Shown here piece by piece: positions 51,851 to 63,995 of a stretch of DNA of 64,000 bases. Source of the DNA: an uncultured Acidobacteriaceae bacterium (GTDB lineage: Bacteria > Acidobacteriota > Terriglobia > Terriglobales > Acidobacteriaceae). The translations under genes and the position numbers were made by a program. The stretch spans positions 972,555-1,036,554 of the forward strand of contig CAWDNT010000008.1 of the NCBI GenBank assembly GCA_963803795.1. Direction: 5' to 3'. The number at the start of each line of letters is the position of its first letter. The stretch's first letter is position 1. The notes below the pieces were generated by a model. The model did not search any database, had not been told where the DNA came from, and worked only from the letters and a program-made list of their open reading frames with translations.

Positions 51851-52189
51851 TTTATCCAGCGTCGTCCCGCACTTCTTGCAAATCCGCACCTTGCGGTCGC
51901 CGCGCACTTCGTGTCCAATGCGCACCGGCCCGCAGGTCGGGCACACCAGTTGCACGTTCGAAATCGCAATCCGGCTCTCCTGCTCCGCGATGCCGCCGGC
52001 GATGTTGCGCTGCGGGTTCGGCCGCACGTGCTTCTTCACCATCATCACGTGTTCCACCAGAATCTTGGTGTCATCAGGAAACACGCGCAGCACGCGTCCT
52101 TCCTTGCCCTTGTCCCGCCCCGTAATCACCTTCACGGTATCGTTGCGGCGGATATCCACTCGCTTATGTACTGTGCTGACAGTTCTCAT
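51848..52189 (-). CDS. rplX: 50S ribosomal protein L24
   Basis: DTVKVITGRDKGKEGRVLRVFPDDTKILVEHVMMVKKH... Confidence 0.96.
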   Translation of the reverse strand: MRTVSTVHKRVDIRRNDTVKVITGRDKGKEGRVLRVFPDDTKILVEHVMMVKKHVRPNPQRNIAGGIAEQESRIAISNVQLVCPTCGPVRIGHEVRGDRKVRICKKCGTTLDK

Positions 52190-52200
52190 AAACCCTATTT

Positions 52201-52298
52201 AGCGATCGGGCGATTGAGCCATTGAGCGATTGAAATCCATCTGTCTGCAGCTTTGATCTTCAATCGCACAATCACTCAATCGCGCAATCACTCAATCC
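52201..52298. repeat. CAATCGC/GCGATTG word hairpin
   Basis: agcgatcgggcgattgagccattgagcgattgaaatcc ... cttcaatcgcacaatcactcaatcgcgcaatcactcaatcc. Confidence 0.8.
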
Positions 52299-52308
52299 TT
52301 TCAAATGC

Positions 52309-52680
52309 CTAAATCACCTCGGGCGCCAGGGACACAATCTTCAAAAACTTTTTCTCGCGCAACTCCCGGGCCACGGGACCGAACACGCGCGTCCCCACCG
52401 GCTCGCCCGCATCGTTGATCAAAACCGCGGCATTCTGGTCAAAGCGGATGTAGGTACCGTCACGCCGTCGATGCTCTTTACGCGTCCGCACGATCACCGC
52501 CTTCACCACTTTGCCCTTCTGCACCTGCCCATCCGGAGCCGCTTCCTTCACCGCGGCCGTGATTATGTCGCCGAGACCGGCATTCAGACCGGTCGAGCCC
52601 CCGAGCGGCAGAATCATCTGCAGCTTGCGGGCGCCGGAGTTGTCGGCCACCTCCAGCATGCTTCTCATCATCACAGCCAT
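52309..52680 (-). CDS. rplN: 50S ribosomal protein L14
   Basis: [23 protein letters not shown]...; GGGAGA lies 8 nt upstream of ATG 52680. Confidence 0.96.
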   Translation of the reverse strand: MAVMMRSMLEVADNSGARKLQMILPLGGSTGLNAGLGDIITAAVKEAAPDGQVQKGKVVKAVIVRTRKEHRRRDGTYIRFDQNAAVLINDAGEPVGTRVFGPVARELREKKFLKIVSLAPEVI

Positions 52681-52705
52681 GGCTTCAATCTCCCGTTCAC
52701 CTTTG

Positions 52706-52765
52706 TGATCCTGAGCTTGTCATCCTGAGCGAGACGCTTTCTGTCTCGCGAAGCGTCTCAGGCTC
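52706..52765. repeat. GTCATCCTGAGCG hairpin element
   Basis: gtgatcctgagcttgtcatcctgagcgagacgctttctgtctcgcgaagcgtctcaggc. Confidence 0.8.
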
Positions 52766-52812
52766 ACCGGAACCATCCCTTCGAAGGGCGCGTCTGGCTC
52801 GCTTCCTTAACC

Positions 52813-53190
52813 TTACTTGCCCTTGCCCAGACCTTTGCTCTGGCCCTTGGCTTGGCCCCTGTCCTCGCGCTCCAGGACGACCTCGGGCACCAGCGCCGTC
52901 TTGCGCACAATGTCCTTCAACTTCCAGCGCTTCAACTTCGACAGCGGACGCGTCTCTTCCAGCCGCACCACATCGCCCACGTGCGCCTCGTTCTTTTCGT
53001 CGTGCGCATAAAACTTCTTGTTGCGCGCTACCACCCGCCCGTAGAAAGGATGCGCCTTCTTGCGCGTCACCTGCACCACAATGGTCTTCGCCATCCGGTT
53101 CGAGACCACTTCTCCCACGACTTCCTTGCGCCGGCCCTGCACTTGCTCGCTCGGCGGCGTTGCGGACTTCTTCGTTGCGGTTTCCGCCAT
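52813..53190 (-). CDS. rpsQ: 30S ribosomal protein S17 (N- and C-terminal extensions)
   Basis: GEVVSNRMAKTIVVQVTRKKAHPFYGRVVARNKKFYAHDE... Confidence 0.95.
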   Translation of the reverse strand: MAETATKKSATPPSEQVQGRRKEVVGEVVSNRMAKTIVVQVTRKKAHPFYGRVVARNKKFYAHDEKNEAHVGDVVRLEETRPLSKLKRWKLKDIVRKTALVPEVVLEREDRGQAKGQSKGLGKGK

Positions 53191-53399
53191 CAGCGTTTCT
53201 CCGTTGCGGCCGAGCGCGTGCGCTCGCCCAGAATTGTCTTCACCCGCGCAATGTCCTTGCGCAGCCCGCGAATCTTCTTCAAGCTCTCGGTCTGCCCCAT
53301 GTTCAGCTGAAACTTCAGCTTGAACAGCTGGTCGGCGAGATCCTGCCCCTGGTGCTGCAGCTCGGCGTCGGTTAGGTTGCGAATCTTGTCGGATTTCAT
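53190..53399 (-). CDS. rpmC: 50S ribosomal protein L29
   Basis: 69 aa, DAELQHQGQDLADQLFKLKFQLNMGQ. Its stop overlaps the rpsQ start. Confidence 0.93.
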   Translation of the reverse strand: MKSDKIRNLTDAELQHQGQDLADQLFKLKFQLNMGQTESLKKIRGLRKDIARVKTILGERTRSAATEKR

Positions 53400-53431
53400 A
53401 AAATTAGTTTCCAGTTTCTAGTTTCCTGTCT

Positions 53432-53848
53432 TTAGTGCGCCGTCTCCCGCTTCACTAACGTCGTCCGCAGTGGCAACTTATGCGATGCCAGCCGCATAGC
53501 CTCAGTCGCATCCACGATCGTGACCCCTTCCATCTCAAACAGAATCTTTCCCGGACGCACCACCGCAACCCAGTGATCAGGCGCTCCCTTGCCCTTACCC
53601 ATGCGGGTCTCAGCCGGCTTCTTCGTCACGGGCTTGTCGGGAAACACCCGGATCCAAATCTTCCCGCCGCGCTTCACAAAACGCGTCATAGCCACGCGGC
53701 TGGCTTCAATCTGCCGGTCGGTGATCCATCCCGGCTCAAGCACCTTCAGCCCGAAGTCCCCAAACGCCAGCGTGCTCCCGCGCCAGGCTTTCCCAGTCAT
53801 CCGCCCGCGCTGCTGCTTGCGGTACTTAACTTTCTTTGGCATCAACAT
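53432..53848 (-). CDS. rplP: 50S ribosomal protein L16
   Basis: [35 protein letters not shown]... Confidence 0.97.
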   Translation of the reverse strand: MLMPKKVKYRKQQRGRMTGKAWRGSTLAFGDFGLKVLEPGWITDRQIEASRVAMTRFVKRGGKIWIRVFPDKPVTKKPAETRMGKGKGAPDHWVAVVRPGKILFEMEGVTIVDATEAMRLASHKLPLRTTLVKRETAH

Positions 53849-53883
53849 AAAGTCAGCTCTCTTTTGCCGCCACCAACCCGCGC

Positions 53884-53925
53884 TGTCATCCTGAGCGGCG
53901 TTCTTTGCCGCGAAGGATCTCAGAC
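53884..53925. repeat. GTCATCCTGAGCG hairpin element
   Basis: tgtcatcctgagcggcgttctttgccgcgaaggatctcagac. Confidence 0.8.
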
Positions 53926-53957
53926 TCCACGGAACCCTCCACCGATCAAAGCTTCCC

Positions 53958-54623
53958 TTAAAACGCTCCCACGCCCGTCTGCTGCTCCCGCTTCTTAGCC
54001 GGAAGAATTTCGCCCTTGTACACCCAGACCTTCACCCCAATCACGCCGTAAGTAGTCCTGGCTTCCGAAAAACCATATTCAATATCAGCCCGCAGCGTGT
54101 GCAGCGGCAAACGTCCCTGCAGGTACCACTCGGAGCGCGCGATTTCATTTCCATTCAGCCGCCCGCTCACCCGCACCTTGATCCCCTTACAACCAAAGCG
54201 CAGCGCCGAATCCACCGCCTTGCGCATCGCCCGGCGGAATCCCACGCGCTTTTCCAGTTGCAGAGCAATCGCCTCAGAAACAAGTTGCGCATCCAGCTCA
54301 GGCTTGTGCACTTCCTGGATGTCGACAAACACTTCGCGCGACGTGCGCTTCTGCAAATCAGCCTTCAGCTTGTCGATCTCCGCGCCCTTGCGTCCGATAA
54401 TAATTCCCGGCCGCGCCGTCTTGACGATGACTCGCAGTTTGTTGCCCGGACGTTCAATCTCGATCGAACTCACGCCCGCAGACTTCAGCTTTTCCTTCAG
54501 TTCTTTCTTCAGCTTGATGTCTTCAAAAAGCAGTTTGTCGTAGTCGCGCTCCACAAACCAGCGCGACTTCCACGGCTTCGTATAGCCAAGCCGAAAACCA
54601 TAAGGATGGACTTTTTGTCCCAT
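53958..54623 (-). CDS. rpsC: 30S ribosomal protein S3
   Basis: [23 protein letters not shown]... with a KH domain. Confidence 0.97.
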   Translation of the reverse strand: MGQKVHPYGFRLGYTKPWKSRWFVERDYDKLLFEDIKLKKELKEKLKSAGVSSIEIERPGNKLRVIVKTARPGIIIGRKGAEIDKLKADLQKRTSREVFVDIQEVHKPELDAQLVSEAIALQLEKRVGFRRAMRKAVDSALRFGCKGIKVRVSGRLNGNEIARSEWYLQGRLPLHTLRADIEYGFSEARTTYGVIGVKVWVYKGEILPAKKREQQTGVGAF

Positions 54624-54735
54624 TGCTTCTCCTAATCAATCCCTTTCAAAACCGCACTCGAATAACTCACCGCTCGAACGTACCGCCGCCATCCTGCCGG
54701 CTGTCCAGCCGGCCGTCTCGCCCGCTGAGCCGCCT

Positions 54736-55203
54736 CTACTTCGTGGCCGCCTTTTTCTTACCAGCCCCCGCCGCTTTTTTCGCCACCGGCGCCCGTCGTT
54801 TAGCTGGAGCAGCCGCACTCGACGACCCCCGACCAGCAACCCGAGCAGCCCTGTTCCCGCGCTCCGCCAGCACCAGCGTGATATGCGAAATCCTCCGCTG
54901 ATACCGGTAAGCCCGTCCCTGCGGCGCCGGACGAATCCGCTTCATGCGCGGACCGTCATTCGCGATCGCGCTCTTCACATACAAATTGTCAATCTCAACA
55001 TCAAGATTTTTCTCAGCGCTCAGAAAGTTTGCGTTGTCGAGCGCCGACTGCAGCAGTTTGCCCACATGCGCCGCTACCCGCTTCTTGGTAAACAACAGTG
55101 TGTTGCGCGCTTCTTCCACCTTGCGCCCTTTGATCAACTCCAACACCAGGCGCGCCTTCTGCGGCGACACTCGCAAGTAACGCATTTCCGCTCGGAATTC
55201 CAT
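54736..55203 (-). CDS. rplV: 50S ribosomal protein L22 (about 40-aa Ala/Lys-rich C-terminal extension)
   Basis: RYLRVSPQKARLVLELIKGRKVEEA... Confidence 0.96.
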   Translation of the reverse strand: MEFRAEMRYLRVSPQKARLVLELIKGRKVEEARNTLLFTKKRVAAHVGKLLQSALDNANFLSAEKNLDVEIDNLYVKSAIANDGPRMKRIRPAPQGRAYRYQRRISHITLVLAERGNRAARVAGRGSSSAAAPAKRRAPVAKKAAGAGKKKAATK

Positions 55204-55212
55204 CGTCTCCCC

Positions 55213-55569
55213 TTATGCCTTCGGCGCCGGCGCCGCTGCCGGGGCCGACGGAGTGATCGCTCCCGGACCTCCCGGAATCCCCGCCGGTTTCGCCGCCACT
55301 TCCGTCGCCGCCCGCATCGAGTGGCCCTTGAAGTTGCGCGTGAAGCTGAACTCGCCCAGTTTGTGCCCCACCATGTTCTCGGTGACGTACACCGGAATAA
55401 ACTTTTTCCCGTTGTGCACCGCAATGGTGTGCCCCACCATCTCCGGAACCACAGTCGACCGCCGCGACCAGGTGCGCAACACCTTCTTCTCGTTGCGCGA
55501 GTTCATGCCCTCGACCCGCGCCATCAGGAAGCCATCCACAAACGCGCCCTTCTTGGTTGAACGTGCCAT
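55213..55569 (-). CDS. rpsS: 30S ribosomal protein S19 (Ala/Pro-rich C-terminal extension)
   Basis: [15 protein letters not shown]...[29 protein letters not shown]. Confidence 0.96.
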   Translation of the reverse strand: MARSTKKGAFVDGFLMARVEGMNSRNEKKVLRTWSRRSTVVPEMVGHTIAVHNGKKFIPVYVTENMVGHKLGEFSFTRNFKGHSMRAATEVAAKPAGIPGGPGAITPSAPAAAPAPKA

Positions 55570-55595
55570 AAATGAACTCTCACTCTCAAAAACTT

Positions 55596-55635
55596 TGTCA
55601 TTCCGAAGGTCGCAAAGCGACCAGAGGAATCTGCT
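55596..55635. repeat. GTCATTCCGAAGG hairpin element (variant of the GTCATCCTGAGCG family)
   Basis: ttgtcattccgaaggtcgcaaagcgaccagaggaatctgc. Inner stem GGTCGC-aaa-GCGACC, outer stem attcc/ggaat. Confidence 0.75.
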
Positions 55636-55648
55636 TCCGCCGGCAGCG

Positions 55649-56473
55649 CTATTTCGTCCGCCGGTTCACAATAAACTTGTCCGTTCGCTTGTTATTCCGC
55701 GTCTTATACCCGCGCGTCGGCTGTCCCCAGGGCGTTACCGGATGCCGTCCGCCCGAAGTCTTGCCTTCACCACCGCCATGCGGATGGTCCACTGGATTCA
55801 TCGAAACGCCGCGGTTGACAGGCTTCCAGCCCATCCAGCGCATACGCCCCGCCTTGCCGATGGTGATGTTCTCGTGATCCAGATTCCCCACCTGCCCGAT
55901 GGTAGCCATGCAATCCTGCGAAATCTTCCGCGTCTCGCCCGAAGGCAGCTTCACCAGCGCGTAATCCGATTCCTTCGCAATCAGCTGCGCCGCTCCGCCC
56001 GCCGAGCGCACCATCTGCGCTCCCTTGCCCGGCTTCAATTCCAGATTGTGAATCGAAGTGCCCGGCGGAATATTGCGCAGCGGCAACGCGTTGCCCACAA
56101 GAATGTCCGCTTCCGGCCCGCTCACAACTTTCTGCCCCACCTTCAATCCTTCAGGCACCAGAATGTAGCGCTTCTCGCCATCGGCATACGCCAGCAACGC
56201 AATCCGCGCTGAGCGGTTCGGATCGTACTCGATGGTCGTCACCGTAGCTGGAATGCCCGCCTTCTCCCGCTTGAAGTCAATGATGCGCAGCTTCTGCTTG
56301 TGCCCGCCGCCCCGGTGCCAGCTGGTAATGTCGCCCGAATTGCGCCGTCCGCCGGTGCGCTGCTTCTTCTCCACCAGCGGCTTATGCGGATGCTGCGTCG
56401 TAATATCGTCGTTGACGATCGTCGTCCGATACCGCAGCGTCTGCGTAGTAGGTCGATAAGTTTTTATAGCCAT
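55649..56473 (-). CDS. rplB: 50S ribosomal protein L2
   Basis: [18 protein letters not shown]... and [15 protein letters not shown]. 274 aa from ATG 56473. The ORF track merges it with rplW. Confidence 0.96.
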   Translation of the reverse strand: MAIKTYRPTTQTLRYRTTIVNDDITTQHPHKPLVEKKQRTGGRRNSGDITSWHRGGGHKQKLRIIDFKREKAGIPATVTTIEYDPNRSARIALLAYADGEKRYILVPEGLKVGQKVVSGPEADILVGNALPLRNIPPGTSIHNLELKPGKGAQMVRSAGGAAQLIAKESDYALVKLPSGETRKISQDCMATIGQVGNLDHENITIGKAGRMRWMGWKPVNRGVSMNPVDHPHGGGEGKTSGGRHPVTPWGQPTRGYKTRNNKRTDKFIVNRRTK

Positions 56474-56484
56474 ATCAGCTCTCT

Positions 56485-56510
56485 GTAGAGACGTTGCTTG
56501 CAACGTCTCT
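56485..56510. repeat. AGACGT-palindrome element, monomer
   Basis: gtagagacgttgcttgcaacgtctct. It lies inside the open frame that links rplW to rplB. Confidence 0.85.
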
Positions 56511-56560
56511 GCGTACAGCGCCGTCGCGTCAATCCGCTGCCCAGACGCAAACGTCGTTAC

Positions 56561-56851
56561 AAATTCTGGCGCGTACTCCGGCATCTTCTCCCCGGCCCGC
56601 AGCCGCACATAAGCCTTCTTCCAGTCCGGACGGTACCCCGCAAACTTCCCCCGCCGCCGCTCTTTCCCCGGATAAGTCGCCGTGCGCACCGAGTACACCT
56701 TTACCTTGAAAATCGTCTGCACCGCCTGCTTGATCTCCGTCTTCGTCGCCTTGGGCGCAACCTGGAACACCAGCGTGTTCTGGTTTTCCTTGATCGCCAA
56801 CCCTTTTTCCGTAATCACCGGACGCCGAATAATCTGATATGCGGATTTCAT
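56561..56851 (-). CDS. rplW: 50S ribosomal protein L23 (conserved part; no in-frame stop before rplB as sequenced)
   Basis: [22 protein letters not shown]...[26 protein letters not shown]. The frame then continues for 29 codons into the rplB ATG. A TAA at 56557..56559 lies in the +1 frame. Confidence 0.85.
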
Positions 56852-56862
56852 ATTGAATAGGC

Positions 56863-57598
56863 CTAGGCCACCTCCGCCGCTTTTTCATGCCGCACACGCT
56901 TTCGCGGAGCCGCCGACGCCTTCTTCGCGCCCTCTTCTTTTTTCGCCTTGCGCTGCCGCTTGGGCAAACTATCCTTCAACGTAAGCTGTAGCTTCTCGAT
57001 CGCGGGATGCGAAAAAATCACGCGATCATACTTCAGCAAGTGATAAGGATGAACTTCATTCCCCGCAATCAGCTCTAGCCCTTCAATATTGCGCGAGCTC
57101 AAGCTCCAGGTTGTGGTTCCCTGCGTTCGGCGCTTCCACGATCAGCACCGTCTTCTCAACCTTCAGCGCATCCAGCGCCGCCCGGAACGCTTTCGTCTTC
57201 GCGTCCTTCAGTTCGAACGAATTCACTATCGTCAGCTTGCCGTCGGCAAACTTCGCCGCCAGCGCCGAACGCAACGCGCCCAATAGCTTCTTGCGCGGGA
57301 ACGCATAGTCGTAAGACCGCGGCGTCGGACCATGCACGGTAGCCCCGTGCCGCCACAGTGGCGACCGGATCGAGCCGATGCGCGCCCGCCCCGTGCCCTT
57401 CTGCTTCCACAGCTTCTTGCCCGAACCGGAAACCTGCCAGCGGGCCTTGGTAGCGTGCGTGCCGCGGTGCTGCCCGGCGCGGTAATGTTTCACCGCCTCC
57501 CAAAGCAGATCTTCATTCACCGCGCCGAAAATCTCATCGGCCAGATCGAACGTCCCGACCTTGTCCCCGCTCAAATTGTGAATATCAATCGATGCCAT
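56863..57598 (-). pseudogene. rplD: 50S ribosomal protein L4, one frameshift as sequenced (probably an assembly indel)
   Basis: ORF 57083..57598 is the L4 N-terminal part (...GTGRARIGSIRSPLWRHGATVHGP...). ORF 56863..57102 is the L4 C-terminal part (SSRNIEGLELIAGNEVHPYHLLKYDRVIF...). The frames switch within ggagcttgagctcg at about 57097..57105. The total span is 736 nt (3n+1). Confidence 0.9.
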
Positions 57599-57606
57599 AT
57601 TGCTTT

Positions 57607-57640
57607 CACTCTGACCACTGGCTACTGGCTACTGAGCACT
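57607..57640. repeat. GTGGCCAGT-family word run (ACTGGCTACTGG variant)
   Basis: cactctgaccactggctactggctactgagcactgg, between rplC and rplD. Confidence 0.7.
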
Positions 57641-58380
57641 GGTTTTACGCTTTCTTCGCCGCTCTCTTCGCCGCCTTCAACGGATCGACCGTAGCCGAAC
57701 CCGCAAATCCACGCCGCTCTCTGGGCGGCTTCTTCGCCTTCATGATCACGATGATACCCACCCTGCGGCCCCGGCACACTGCCTTCGACCACCAGCAGAT
57801 TCTCGTCTTTATCAACACCCAAAACTCGCAGATTGCGCTGCGTCACCCGAGCGTGTCCCATATGTCCCGACATGCGCATCCCCTTGAACACGCGCGAAGG
57901 AAACGCCGACGATCCAATCGATCCCGTAATCTGAAACATCGATCCATGCGACTTCGGACCGCCGGCAAAATGATGCCGCTTCACCACGCCCTGAAAACCC
58001 TTGCCCTTGCTGACTCCCACGATGTCGACAAACTTCTCGCCTTCAAAAATCTCGACCAGCACCCGGTCGCCAACTTTCACCGTAACGTCGCTGTCGGCAG
58101 CGCCATCGGTCTCAAGCGGCACTTCGCGCATGAACTTCACCGGAGGAAGATTGTTCTTCGCCAGATGTCCGCGCGCCGGCTTGGTCAGCCGCGACTCCTT
58201 CACAAACTCGACCAACCCAATCTGCGCCGCCTCGTAACCATCCCGCGTAGCCGACTTATGCTGCGTAATCACGCAAGGGCCAGCCTGCAGCACCGTGACC
58301 GGGCGCACATCGCCCTTCGAGTCAAACAGCTGCGTCATCCCAACCTTCTTGCCCAGAATCCCAGTAACTCTCGTCGCCAT
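57622..58380 (-). CDS. rplC: 50S ribosomal protein L3 (3-prime end out of frame as sequenced)
   Basis: ATG 58380 (MATRVTGILGKKVGMTQLF...) is preceded by GGAG. The first ~208 codons are canonical L3. After ...VPGPQGG (about 57756) the listed frame reads YHRDHEGEE..., while the adjacent frame reads IIVIMKAKKPPRERRGFAGSATVDPLKAAKRAAKKA* and ends at TAA 57645..57647. Confidence 0.9.
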   Translation of the reverse strand: MATRVTGILGKKVGMTQLFDSKGDVRPVTVLQAGPCVITQHKSATRDGYEAAQIGLVEFVKESRLTKPARGHLAKNNLPPVKFMREVPLETDGAADSDVTVKVGDRVLVEIFEGEKFVDIVGVSKGKGFQGVVKRHHFAGGPKSHGSMFQITGSIGSSAFPSRVFKGMRMSGHMGHARVTQRNLRVLGVDKDENLLVVEGSVPGPQGGYHRDHEGEEAAQRAAWICGFGYGRSVEGGEESGEESVKPVLSSQ

Positions 58381-58443
58381 CTTCGTCTCCACCCAGCTTG
58401 GCTCGTCGTTTGCGACGGCTATTGGCTGGGAAGCTCGATGCCC

Positions 58444-58472
58444 TTAGCTAGCAGCTAGGAGCTAGAAGCTAT
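58444..58472. repeat. GCTAGAAGC word run
   Basis: ttagctagcagctaggagctagaagctat. It abuts the rpsJ stop. Confidence 0.75.
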
Positions 58473-58798
58473 TTATGTTCTTTCCCGAAAGCCTTAATCT
58501 CCACATCCACGCCCGCCGGCAGATCCAGCTTCATCAGCGCATCCACCGTCTGCTGCGTCGGCTCAAGAATATCGAGCAAACGCTTATGCGTGCGGATCTC
58601 AAACTGCTCCCGCGACTTCTTATCCACGTGCGGCGACCGCAGCACGCAGTACTTGTTCTTCATCGTAGGCAAAGGAATCGGCCCCGCAATCTGTGCCCCA
58701 GTGCGCCGCGCGGTTTCCACAATCTCGCCCGTCGACTGATCCAGGATGCGGTAGTCGTAAGCCTTCAACCGGATGCGAATTCTTTCTTTTCCAATCAC
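58469..58798 (-). CDS. rpsJ: 30S ribosomal protein S10
   Basis: [39 protein letters not shown]... Confidence 0.97.
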   Translation of the reverse strand: MIGKERIRIRLKAYDYRILDQSTGEIVETARRTGAQIAGPIPLPTMKNKYCVLRSPHVDKKSREQFEIRTHKRLLDILEPTQQTVDALMKLDLPAGVDVEIKAFGKEHK

Positions 58799-58903
58799 GT
58801 TTCACTCTCTCTAACCCCTCCCGGCGTCTCCGGAAGGAAAGAACCAGCGGCAAGAAGCAAGCCGCGTTGAGTAGCGCCGGCGTCCCACCGGCATTTTCTA
58901 AAC

Positions 58904-60091
<1,188 letters not shown>

Positions 60092-60104
60092 TTCTCTTTC
60101 CTCG

Positions 60105-60434
60105 CTACGACGGAACCAAATCATCTCCGTCGCTATATTTCTCGTAGTACGCGCCCAAAAACTGCGCCCTTTCTACCAATCCCTCTGAGACGATCCAGCT
60201 TTCAAACCGCTCACATTCCAACTGAAACCGTCCCCGAAACTTCTCGAAGTTCCGATGCCAGTCCCACCAGTCCTTCACTCGATACTGCCGAGCCTCCGGA
60301 GACTCGCACCAGACTTCGGTAAACAGATACCCATCAGCTTCGTACAACAATCGCGCCCAAGGCCCAGACACACCAAGGACTCCTTCAAAATCCGCCCGCC
60401 TGCCGTCCGCAACCCAAAACCTTCGATCGACCAC
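60105..60434 (-). CDS. hypothetical protein, possibly ABM-like (dimeric alpha/beta-barrel)
   Basis: 109-aa ORF between fusA and tuf, with 18-nt and 13-nt spacers. The pattern [12 protein letters not shown]...[47 protein letters not shown] resembles ABM-domain proteins. The assignment is tentative. Confidence 0.55.
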   Translation of the reverse strand: MVDRRFWVADGRRADFEGVLGVSGPWARLLYEADGYLFTEVWCESPEARQYRVKDWWDWHRNFEKFRGRFQLECERFESWIVSEGLVERAQFLGAYYEKYSDGDDLVPS

Positions 60435-60452
60435 GAACCGCGGGGAGTGTAG

Positions 60453-62540
<2,088 letters not shown>

Positions 62541-62581
62541 GACTCTCTAACTCTTTCTTCACTTCTTCAATTTCTCTCTTC

Positions 62582-62606
62582 GTAGAGACGTAGCTTGCTA
62601 CGTCTT
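62582..62606. repeat. AGACGT-palindrome element, monomer
   Basis: gtagagacgtagcttgctacgtctt, between rpsG and fusA. Confidence 0.85.
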
Positions 62607-62613
62607 GCGTCCA

Positions 62614-63090
<477 letters not shown>

Positions 63091-63118
63091 TTAGCTCCTG
63101 GCTCTCAGCTCTTGTTCC

Positions 63119-63496
63119 TTAGCCCTTCTTCGCCCGCTTGGCGCCGTATTTCGACCGCCCCTGCTGACGGCCGGCAACGCCCACCGCGTCCAGCGTGCCG
63201 CGAATCACGTGATAACGCACGCCCGGCAGATCTTTCACTCTGCCGCCCCGAATCAGCACAATCGAGTGCTCCTGCAAATTGTGCCCCACGCCGGGAATAT
63301 AGGTCGTAACTTCAATCCCGTTAGTCAGCCGCACCCGCGCCACTTTCCGCAACGCCGAGTTCGGCTTCTTCGGCGTCTGCGTATACACGCGCGTGCAAAC
63401 TCCACGCTTCTGCGGACACCCCTGCAGCGCCGGACTCGCCGTCTTATACCGCGGCCGCTTCCGTCCATCACGCACTAACTGATTAAAAGTAGGCAC
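63119..63496 (-). CDS. rpsL: 30S ribosomal protein S12
   Basis: (V)[57 protein letters not shown] 63496 lies 9 nt after AAGGAG. The ORF-track start at 63532 is judged too far upstream. Confidence 0.95.
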   Translation of the reverse strand: MPTFNQLVRDGRKRPRYKTASPALQGCPQKRGVCTRVYTQTPKKPNSALRKVARVRLTNGIEVTTYIPGVGHNLQEHSIVLIRGGRVKDLPGVRYHVIRGTLDAVGVAGRQQGRSKYGAKRAKKG

Positions 63497-63965
63497 TCTA
63501 TGCCGCTCCTTCTCGCATACTGAAGGTCGCACACCGAATCCAGCCCTTGCAGGCGGCAGCGCGCGGCGCCATCAGCTTTCCCGGTCGCTTACCACGCGAT
63601 CCGGGCTGGCAGGCAAAATCGGCCAGCCATGCTTCTCGCCGCACACGAATCACGGAGAGAGATTCTTGGGTCCCAACCTAGATTTACGCTGCCGACGGTG
63701 GCACCCGGCAAAAACTCGGGGGTGCTCCGTATCGCCAGCTCTGTCCCGCATATCCTTCCGCAGACCACTTTCGCGCCTGACTCAGGCGCTCCAGCAGCCC
63801 TCGTGATAGGGCGAAAGGCAGCGCAGGAACGTTTCAGCGAGGAAAGTTTCCGGTACCCTACTTCACCAGAAACGCATTTCTCAAAAGCTCTACCGCCAGC
63901 TCCCGCACACCTCCGCTGGAACTCACGGCACACAGCAAGCCTGGATTAACTCGCGGAACCTTACA

Positions 63966-63995
63966 AATATAGCAACTGGGTGGAAACATCGTCAA
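63966..63995 (-). promoter_or_regulatory. candidate sigma-70-type promoter for the rpsL operon
   Basis: Minus strand TTGACG - 18 nt - TATATT (-35 at 63990..63995, -10 at 63966..63971), about 470 nt upstream of the rpsL start. Confidence 0.45.

Noticed and set aside
63589-63949. Two overlapping ORFs (114 aa minus, 106 aa plus) upstream of rpsL
   Set aside because: They are mutually antisense, have no SD or recognisable motifs, and have non-protein-like composition. The region is treated as a non-coding leader.
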